Below, piece by piece: positions 15,478-24,000 of a stretch of DNA of 24,000 nucleotides (position 1 is its first letter; every line of letters begins with the position of its first letter). The notes under the pieces were generated by a model. That model saw only the letters and a list, made by a program, of their open reading frames with translations. It searched no databases and was not told the origin of the DNA. The position numbers were made by a program, and so were the translations under genes. The DNA is from Kineosporia succinea (GTDB taxonomy: Bacteria; Actinomycetota; Actinomycetes; Actinomycetales; Kineosporiaceae), in NCBI RefSeq assembly GCF_030811555.1, contig NZ_JAUSQZ010000001.1, positions 2,329,241 through 2,353,240 of the forward strand. The letters run 5' to 3'.

Positions 15478-16107
15478 TTGAAGCCCGTCAGAGTGCTCGT
15501 CGTCGACAACTACGACAGCTTCGTCTACACGATCGCCGGTTACCTGACCCAGCTCGGCGCCGAGTGCGTGGTGCGACGCAACGACGAGGTGGAGCTCGCC
15601 GACGCCGACGACTACGACGGCATCCTGCTCTCACCGGGTCCGGGTGCGCCCAAGGACGCCGGGGTGTGCCCCGAGATGGTGCTGCACTGCGCCGAGCGGG
15701 AGCAGCCGATGATCGGGGTGTGTCTGGGCCACCAGGCACTCGGTGAGGCCTTCGGGGCCACCGTGACGCACGCCAGCGAGCTGATGCACGGCAAGACCAG
15801 CGACGTGGTGCACGAGGGCGAGGGAGTCCTCGAAGGGCTGCCCACGCCGTTCACAGCTACGCGCTACCACTCGCTGGCCGTGGTCGCCGACACCGTGCCG
15901 GCCGAGCTCGAGGTCACCGGGCGCACGGCCGGGGGCGTGGTGATGGCCCTGCAGCACCGCACGCTGCCGTTGTTCGGCGTGCAGTTCCATCCGGAGAGTG
16001 TGCTGACGCAGGGTGGGCACCGGCTGTTCGCGAACTGGCTGGCGGTCTGCGGAGACGAGGACGCGGTGGAACGGTCGGCGGGGATGGCACCGCTCGTACG
16101 TCGCTGA
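15478..16107 (+). CDS. trpG: Glutamine amidotransferase, anthranilate/aminodeoxychorismate synthase component II
   Basis: 209 aa with VLVVDNYDSFVYTIAGYL, the catalytic GVCLGHQ and FGVQFHPES. The TTG start has CAGGAG 5 nt upstream. A GTG at 15493 is an alternative start. Confidence 0.92.
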   Translation: MKPVRVLVVDNYDSFVYTIAGYLTQLGAECVVRRNDEVELADADDYDGILLSPGPGAPKDAGVCPEMVLHCAEREQPMIGVCLGHQALGEAFGATVTHASELMHGKTSDVVHEGEGVLEGLPTPFTATRYHSLAVVADTVPAELEVTGRTAGGVVMALQHRTLPLFGVQFHPESVLTQGGHRLFANWLAVCGDEDAVERSAGMAPLVRR

Positions 16108-16118
16108 GTTTCCGGCAG

Positions 16119-16164
16119 AACCGAAGGGGCCCCGAGCTTGATCAAGCTCGGGGCCCCTTCGGTT
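16119..16164. terminator. Bidirectional terminator: perfect 42-bp palindrome (46 bp with flanking AA/TT) between convergent trpG and pknB
   Basis: CCGAAGGGGCCCCGAGCTTGATCAAGCTCGGGGCCCCTTCGG equals its own reverse complement, checked by hand. It is flanked by TT on each transcript. Confidence 0.7.
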
Positions 16165-16169
16165 GTGCC

Positions 16170-18164
<1,995 letters not shown>

Positions 18165-18189
18165 CCTCGCGTCGTCCTGGCCGCGTTCA

Positions 18190-19842
18190 TCATCCCCTGA
18201 TCCCGACGCCCGTGACCATGCTCGCGTTGCTCCCCGCGAACATGGACGAGGACACGTGATCGGATCGCAACCCTGAAGTGCCCTGTGAGCGGGTCGCGGC
18301 GTGGCCCCGGGTGGCCGCGAACACGATCGCGACGAGCACCACCAGGGCGATAAGGGCGATCAGCGGCATCGAGAGCCGCCGGTTGCCCCGTCCTGAGGAG
18401 GAGCCGCCGGTCGCGGGCTGCCCACCCCGGTTGTGACCGGCCCGGGAGCGGGCCGTGCCGCGCATCGAGCTGCGCGACGGGTAGTCGCCGCCCGAACCCA
18501 GCGACGAGAACGGGTCGTCGTCGCGCCGGTCGTACCGTTCCTGCCGGTCCGGCTGGCCCTGCCGGTCGTAACCCGGTTCGTAGCCCTGGTCATAACCCTG
18601 GTCGTATCCAGGCTCACCGCCGGCGAAGGCCGCTCGCGGGCCGGTACCGGGACGGCGCGGGTCGTCGTAACGGTCGTCGTGGCCGCCACGGCCGTCGTCG
18701 TAACCGCCGGACTCGAAATACTGCTCCGGCTGCCGGTATCCACCCTGCTGCGGCTGCTCACGGGACACGTCGCGGCGGTAGCCGTAGTCGGAACCCGGGT
18801 CGGCGGGGGGCTGACTCTCCTGCTCCCGGCGCTGGCTGCGCGACTCCCAGGCCGAGGGCCGGGCCTGCGAACCGGACGGACCCGAGGGCCGCCCGTCGGC
18901 CCGGTCGATCGCCGCGTTGCGCCGACCCGACTGACCGTGCGCCTGGGTGTCGGCGCTGGTCGGCCAGGACTCCGGGTCACGCGGCGGGACCGGGAGTTCA
19001 CCAGAAGGGCGGCCGCCCGCCAGCCCGCGCAGGCGGGCGTCTTCCATCAGCGAGGCGAGGGCGTTCGCGCCCTGCGGGCGCTTGGCCGGGTTCTTGGCCA
19101 TCGCCGACATGACGATCTGGCGCACCGGGGCCGGGATGGTCTCCGGCAGCGGCGGTGGCTCGTCCTGCAGGTGGGCGGTGGCCACGGCCACCTGGTTGTC
19201 ACCCTCGAACGGGCGCCAGCCGGTGAGGCATTCGTAGGCCACCACACCCAGCGCGTAGACGTCGGACAGCGGCGAGGCGGTCTCGCCCCGCGCCAGTTCC
19301 GGCGCCAGGTAGTGGGCGGTGCCCATGACCTGGCCGGTCGCCGTGAGCGGCTCGTGGTCGCGCGGCCGGGCGATGCCGAAGTCGGTGACCTTGACCCGCA
19401 TCTCCGGCGTCACCATCAGGTTGGCCGGCTTGATGTCACGGTGGATCACGCCGTGCCGGTGGGCCGCGTGCAGCGCGCGTGCAGCCTGGGACACGATCGA
19501 CAGGGTGCGCTCGGTGCCCAGGGCGCCCTCGTCGGCGATCAACGCCGACAGCGGGTCACCCGGGACGAGCTCCATCACCAGGTAGGCCGAGCCGAGCGCC
19601 TCGCCGTAGTCGTACACCGCGGCGATCCCGCCGTGGCTCAGTGCCGCCGCAGTGCGGGCCTCGGCCCGGAACCGCGCCTGGAAGTTCGCGTCCGGCGCCA
19701 GGTCGGTACGCAGCACCTTCACCGCGACGGGCCGGTTCAGCACCTCGTCGACGGCGGCCCAGACCTCGCCCATGCCACCCACGGCGATGCGCTCACGCAG
19801 CACGTAGCGCTCACCAAGTCTCTGACCCACACTGGTGATCAC
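18190..19842 (-). CDS. pknA: Ser/Thr protein kinase PknA-like
   Basis: 550 aa. The kinase domain has VGGMGEVW, HRDIKPAN, DFGIA and APE. A long Tyr/Asp/Gly/Gln/Arg-rich linker is followed by one TM (LIALIALVVLVAIVFAA) and a short ectodomain. It overlaps the pbpA stop (GTGA). Confidence 0.92.
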   Translation of the reverse strand: MITSVGQRLGERYVLRERIAVGGMGEVWAAVDEVLNRPVAVKVLRTDLAPDANFQARFRAEARTAAALSHGGIAAVYDYGEALGSAYLVMELVPGDPLSALIADEGALGTERTLSIVSQAARALHAAHRHGVIHRDIKPANLMVTPEMRVKVTDFGIARPRDHEPLTATGQVMGTAHYLAPELARGETASPLSDVYALGVVAYECLTGWRPFEGDNQVAVATAHLQDEPPPLPETIPAPVRQIVMSAMAKNPAKRPQGANALASLMEDARLRGLAGGRPSGELPVPPRDPESWPTSADTQAHGQSGRRNAAIDRADGRPSGPSGSQARPSAWESRSQRREQESQPPADPGSDYGYRRDVSREQPQQGGYRQPEQYFESGGYDDGRGGHDDRYDDPRRPGTGPRAAFAGGEPGYDQGYDQGYEPGYDRQGQPDRQERYDRRDDDPFSSLGSGGDYPSRSSMRGTARSRAGHNRGGQPATGGSSSGRGNRRLSMPLIALIALVVLVAIVFAATRGHAATRSQGTSGLRSDHVSSSMFAGSNASMVTGVGIRG

Positions 19843-21293
19843 GTCAGCACCGCCTCCATCACAGCCTTGGCGATCGGTGCGGCGACCGTACTACCGAAGG
19901 CTTCACTTCCGGCCCTTCCACCGTCTTCGACGACGACCGCGACGGCGATCTTCTTGCCGTCCTTCTCGCCGAAGCACGTGAACCAGACGTCCGGGTTCTG
20001 GCCCGTCTGCTGCTGTGCGGTACCGGTCTTGCCGCCCACCGTGACCCCACTGATCTGGGCGGGCTTACCGGTGCCGTTCTGCACCACGGAGACCATCATG
20101 GACTTGAGCTGGTCCGCCACGTCCGAGGTGACCGCCTCGGAGAACTTCTCCGGGGTGGGCTCGGAGATGGTCTTGCCGTCGGCACTGGTGATCTTGGAGA
20201 CCAGGTTCGGCCGCATCACCACGCCGCCGTTCTCGACGCCGGCCGAGAGCATCGCGACCTGCAGCGGCGTGGCCCGCACGTCGAACTGCCCGATCGACGA
20301 CTGGGCCAGCTGCGGCTGGTTCAGGCCGGTCGGGAACGAGCTCTTGACCACGTTCTGCGGAACGGTCAGCGACTGCCCGAAGCCGAACTTGGCGGCCTGC
20401 TCGGACATCGCCTCCTGGCCCAGGTCCATGCCCAGCTGACCGTAGGTGGTGTTGCACGACTCCTCGAGCGCCTCACGCAGCGTCGGGGTGCCGTCGGCGC
20501 ACACCGTGCCGGTGTCGTTCGGCAGCGTCGCGGTGGTCTCCGGCAGATCGAGGCGGGCCACACCGGTCAGGCCGGACTCGGAGTCGGCGCCGTAGCGCCC
20601 GTCGGTCAGCGCCGCCGCCGAGGTGACGATCTTGAACGTCGAACCCGGGGCGTAGAGCTGGCCGATCGTGCGGTTGATCAGGGGGTCGAGGTCGTCGGCG
20701 GCCAGCTTCAGGTACAGCTGGTTGGCCTCCGTGGTGTCGTGCGAGGCGAGCTTGTTCGGGTTGTACGAGGGCTTGCTGACCATCGTCAGGATGTCGCCGG
20801 TCTCCGGGTCGAGCGCGATCACGGCGCCGTCCTGGTCGCCGAGGGCGTCGTACGCGGCCTTCTGCGCCTTCGCGTTGATCGTGGTCTCGACCGTCGCGCC
20901 CTGCGCCTGCTCACCGGTCAGCAGGCTGCTGAGGTTCCGGATGAACAGCTCGTCCGAGGTGCCGGACAGGTACTCGCTCTCGGCGCTCTCGATGCCGTAC
21001 GGGTTGCCGTTCACCAGCGAGTAGAAGCCGGTCACCGGAGCGTAGAGGGCACCGTTCGAGTACTTGCGCAGGAACTTGAACTCGTCGTCGACCGGCTCCG
21101 ACGTGGCTACAGCCTTGTTGCCGACCTTGATCTCGCCCCGTTCGCGGCTGCGCTCCTTGATCAGCGTGCGCGAGTTGCGAGGATTGTCGTTCAGGGCCTG
21201 AGCATTGATCACCTGGATATACGTCACGCTGACGAACAGCGAGGTGAAGAGCAGGGTGATCACTGCGGCCAGCCTGCGGATCGGGCCGTTCAC
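19839..21293 (-). CDS. pbpA: Class B penicillin-binding protein (PbpA-type transpeptidase)
   Basis: 484 aa with an N-terminal TM, the SxxK motif in YAPGSTFKIV, SxN (EESCNT) and KTG (GGKTGTA). It has a GTGA overlap with rodA. Confidence 0.93.
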   Translation of the reverse strand: MNGPIRRLAAVITLLFTSLFVSVTYIQVINAQALNDNPRNSRTLIKERSRERGEIKVGNKAVATSEPVDDEFKFLRKYSNGALYAPVTGFYSLVNGNPYGIESAESEYLSGTSDELFIRNLSSLLTGEQAQGATVETTINAKAQKAAYDALGDQDGAVIALDPETGDILTMVSKPSYNPNKLASHDTTEANQLYLKLAADDLDPLINRTIGQLYAPGSTFKIVTSAAALTDGRYGADSESGLTGVARLDLPETTATLPNDTGTVCADGTPTLREALEESCNTTYGQLGMDLGQEAMSEQAAKFGFGQSLTVPQNVVKSSFPTGLNQPQLAQSSIGQFDVRATPLQVAMLSAGVENGGVVMRPNLVSKITSADGKTISEPTPEKFSEAVTSDVADQLKSMMVSVVQNGTGKPAQISGVTVGGKTGTAQQQTGQNPDVWFTCFGEKDGKKIAVAVVVEDGGRAGSEAFGSTVAAPIAKAVMEAVLT

Positions 21294-22771
21294 CGGACCA
21301 CCACCGTCTCTTGATCGTTGCCCGGCCCGGGGCGCTCCCGCTGGTCGTCGCGGAAGCCCGGGCCGTCGGGGTCGTCCAGGTCGTCTCGTAGGTCTTCGGG
21401 CAGTTCGTCGAGCGGGACGTCGAACATCGGGCCGTCGTTCTCGGCTGCCGGGCGCCGACCAGAGTCTGAGATGCGCAGCAGGATGGCGATGATCATCCAG
21501 TTCGCCAGCAGCGAGGAACCACCCGCGGCCATGAACGGCAGGGTCAGACCGGTCAGCGGGATCACCCGGGTGACGCCGCCGACGACGATGAAGACCTGCA
21601 TGGCCAGTGTGAAGGCCAGACCTGTGGCCAGCAGCTTGCCGAAGCCGTCGCGCGCGGCGATCGCTGTGCGCAGACCCCGCTCGACGATCAGGGCGTAGAT
21701 CAGGAGCAGCGCGAAAAGGCCGGCCAGGCCGAGCTCTTCGCCGAACGAGGCGAAGATCATGTCACTCTCGGCGTAGAACATCGTACGGCCGTAGGGCCGC
21801 CCTTCGCCCAGCCCGGTGCCGATCAGACCGCCGCTGGCCATGCCGAACAGGCCCTGAATGATCTGGGTGGCGTTCTCGACGATGTCGGCGCGGAACGGGT
21901 GCAACCAGAAGTTCACCCGCCCCTGCACATGCGCGAAGATCTGCAGCGCCATGAAGGCACCGCCGGAGAACAGCAGCAGACCGAGCACGACCCAGCTGAC
22001 CCGCTCGGTGGCGACGTAGAGCAGCCCCACGAACATGCCGAAGAACAGCAGCGAGGTGCCGAGGTCGCGCTCGAACACCAGCACGGCCAGCGTGACGCCC
22101 CAGGCCGTGAGCAACGGGCCCAGGTCTTTCGCGCGCGGCAGCTGCATCCACAGCACCTTGCGGCCGGCCAACGAGAGCGAGTCCCGGGCGGTCACCAGGT
22201 AACCGGCGAAGAAGATGGTGAGCGCGATCTTGGCGATCTCACCGGGCTGGAACGAGAACCCGCCCAGGCCGATCCAGATCCGCGCGCCGTTGATGTTCTT
22301 GCCGATGATCGGCAGCAGCGGCAGGAGCAGCAGCACCAGACCGGCGGCCATCGCGATGTAGGTGAAGCGGCTCAGCACCCGGTGGTCGTGCAGCCAGATG
22401 ACGATCACGATCGCGGCGGTGACCCCGAGGGACGTCCACAGCAACTGCCGGAAGGCCTGGGACTCCATGAAGGCGTTGCCCTTGCCCAGGTCGATGCGGT
22501 GGATCATGACCAGGCCCAGGCCGTTCAGCAGCATGGCCAGCGGCAGCAGGATCGGGTCGGCGTAGGGCGCGAACCGGCGCACGGCCAGGTGCAGCACCAG
22601 GGCCAGAGCGCCCAGGCCGGCACCGTACCCGAGCATGCCCGGTGGCAGGGTGCCGTTGATTGCCAATCCCACCTGGGCATAGGCGCCGACGGCCATACCG
22701 ATCGCGACGACGATCAGCAGGGCCTCGACATTGCGCCCGGTGCGCGGAGCGGTCGATCGTGCGGCCGCCAT
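21290..22771 (-). CDS. rodA: FtsW/RodA/SpoVE family peptidoglycan glycosyltransferase
   Basis: The start is taken at ATG 22771 (MAAARSTAPRTGRNVEALLIVV...), which overlaps the pstP stop (ATGA); the track ORF extends to 22996. It is polytopic and has conserved FQPGEIAK and PLTGLTLPFMAAGGSS motifs. The acidic C-terminal tail is about 60 aa. Confidence 0.92.
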   Translation of the reverse strand: MAAARSTAPRTGRNVEALLIVVAIGMAVGAYAQVGLAINGTLPPGMLGYGAGLGALALVLHLAVRRFAPYADPILLPLAMLLNGLGLVMIHRIDLGKGNAFMESQAFRQLLWTSLGVTAAIVIVIWLHDHRVLSRFTYIAMAAGLVLLLLPLLPIIGKNINGARIWIGLGGFSFQPGEIAKIALTIFFAGYLVTARDSLSLAGRKVLWMQLPRAKDLGPLLTAWGVTLAVLVFERDLGTSLLFFGMFVGLLYVATERVSWVVLGLLLFSGGAFMALQIFAHVQGRVNFWLHPFRADIVENATQIIQGLFGMASGGLIGTGLGEGRPYGRTMFYAESDMIFASFGEELGLAGLFALLLIYALIVERGLRTAIAARDGFGKLLATGLAFTLAMQVFIVVGGVTRVIPLTGLTLPFMAAGGSSLLANWMIIAILLRISDSGRRPAAENDGPMFDVPLDELPEDLRDDLDDPDGPGFRDDQRERPGPGNDQETVVVR

Positions 22772-24000
22772 CAGTTGCTCTCCCCGCAGTCGGCCGTGGT
22801 TCCACCACCCGTGGCGCCGCCCGTCACCGTCGGGGTGGGAGTCGGCGTGCCGGTGGCGGCACCCGTGGGTTCGTTGTTCGCCGTATTGGTCGTGTTGTTC
22901 GTGGTGCGGCCGGCCTTCGTCGGCGTCGCGCCCGGGGCCGACGGCGAGAGGGACGGCTGCGGGTTCTGCGCGGCCTCCTCGGCGGCTCGCAGGCACTGTG
23001 CCTCGGCCCGCAGGTCGCTCACGGTGCTCTCCGCGGCGGCCTTGTCGTCGGCCGGGATCCCGTTCTCCACGCGCTGCCGGCTCTTGTCCGACAGGCTGTC
23101 GAGCGGGACGTCGGTGGCCAGCGACGAGACGCTGCTCAGGTCGATCGGGCCGAGGGTCTGCGGCAGGCCCTTGAACACGGCCACCGTGCCGGCCTCGTCA
23201 CCGACGAAGTACTGCCCCTGGCTCCATCGGTAGGCGCCGAAACCGCCACCCACCAGCAGCACCACGACCAGCACCGAGAGCAGCCCGATACGCAGACCGC
23301 GCCGGGGCGAGCCGGAGCGGCCCCGGCCACCCCGGCGACGCTCCGCCGGGGGCTCGTCCGGGTCGGAGTCGGGCCGCGAGCCGTCTTCGTACTGGTCGTA
23401 CTGGTCGCCGTACCCGCCGCGGTAGTCACTGCCATACCGCTGCTGGTAGTCGTCCTGGTAACGGTCGTCGTACCCGCCCGCGTAGTGCTCGTCCGGGTGG
23501 TCGCGCTCGTCGTAGTCGCGCACGACCGGAATCGGCGCGGTGGAGGTCAGTTCGGCCGCTCGTTCAGCCGCGGACCCGCCGAATCCGATCCGCGGCTGGG
23601 GATGAAGAGAGGCGGCTCCGACGATCACCGGCTCGATGCTCACGGGAGAGCTGACGGAGTCGACCACGTCGGCCACGATGCAGGTGACGTTGTCGGGAGC
23701 GCCGCTGCGCAGGGCCAGCTGCACGAGCTGGTCGCAGGTGCTCGCCGGGTCTTTGCCGAACGCCAGGGTCTCTTCGATGGTCTCGAAACTGACCACGCCG
23801 GAGAGCCCGTCGGAGCACAGCAGGTACCGGTCGCCGACCCGCGCGTCGATCATCGACAGGTCGGGGTCGACGTCGTCCATCACGTCACTCAGCACGCGCA
23901 TCAGCACCGACCGCTGCGGATGCTGCTCGGCCTCCGCGAGGGTGATGCGCCCGTCGTCCACCAGCCGCTGGACGAAGGTGTGGTCGCGCGTGATCTGTTC
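22771..24000 (-). CDS. pstP: PP2C-family Ser/Thr phosphatase PstP (5' end lies beyond the window)
   Basis: The reading frame stays open to the window edge (…EQITRDHTFVQRLVDDGRITLAEAEQHPQRS… are PP2C motifs). A Tyr/Asp-rich linker is followed by a TM (IGLLSVLVVVLLVGGGFGAY) and a C-terminal ectodomain with a Thr/Asn/Pro-rich tail. Confidence 0.9.
   Translation of the reverse strand, partial: EQITRDHTFVQRLVDDGRITLAEAEQHPQRSVLMRVLSDVMDDVDPDLSMIDARVGDRYLLCSDGLSGVVSFETIEETLAFGKDPASTCDQLVQLALRSGAPDNVTCIVADVVDSVSSPVSIEPVIVGAASLHPQPRIGFGGSAAERAAELTSTAPIPVVRDYDERDHPDEHYAGGYDDRYQDDYQQRYGSDYRGGYGDQYDQYEDGSRPDSDPDEPPAERRRGGRGRSGSPRRGLRIGLLSVLVVVLLVGGGFGAYRWSQGQYFVGDEAGTVAVFKGLPQTLGPIDLSSVSSLATDVPLDSLSDKSRQRVENGIPADDKAAAESTVSDLRAEAQCLRAAEEAAQNPQPSLSPSAPGATPTKAGRTTNNTTNTANNEPTGAATGTPTPTPTVTGGATGGGTTADCGESN

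Overview
This is a high-G+C actinobacterial chromosomal segment. I saw no rRNA, tRNA, CRISPR array, transposase or integrase. The right ~10 kb (14.2-24 kb) is the conserved cell-division and Ser/Thr-signalling cluster, syntenic with M. tuberculosis Rv0011c-Rv0018c. It holds crgA, a DUF881 gene and a trpG/pabA-type amidotransferase, then a translationally coupled minus-strand operon pstP-rodA-pbpA-pknA-pknB, with pstP running off the right edge. The left ~14 kb looks more accessory. It holds an NrtR-type Nudix protein with twin palindromic operator candidates, an OafA/OatA-like acyltransferase-SGNH protein and a TnrB-like ABC exporter pair. These are followed by a large SARP(BTAD)-NB-ARC-TPR regulator, a DrrAB-like ABC exporter pair, a low-complexity Gln/Gly-rich protein with a (GGDF)n tail, a solitary Flp-type pilin gene and a solitary gamma-class N6-adenine DNA methyltransferase. 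I cannot recognise a complete multi-gene defence, biosynthetic or mobile system. The most unusual material is the methyltransferase locus at 11.9-14.3 kb. It is an orphan MTase with native-looking codon usage, bracketed by two G-rich tandem-repeat arrays: 13 bp x ~6 in the divergent flp/MTase promoter region, and a 12-mer core x 4 directly 3' of crgA. It is followed by a 469-bp non-coding, lower-GC stretch with a strong hairpin. Second to that is the co-directional string flp, low-complexity protein, drrAB. All functional readings of these are inference from sequence alone. The many long antisense ORFs in the track are high-GC shadow ORFs.
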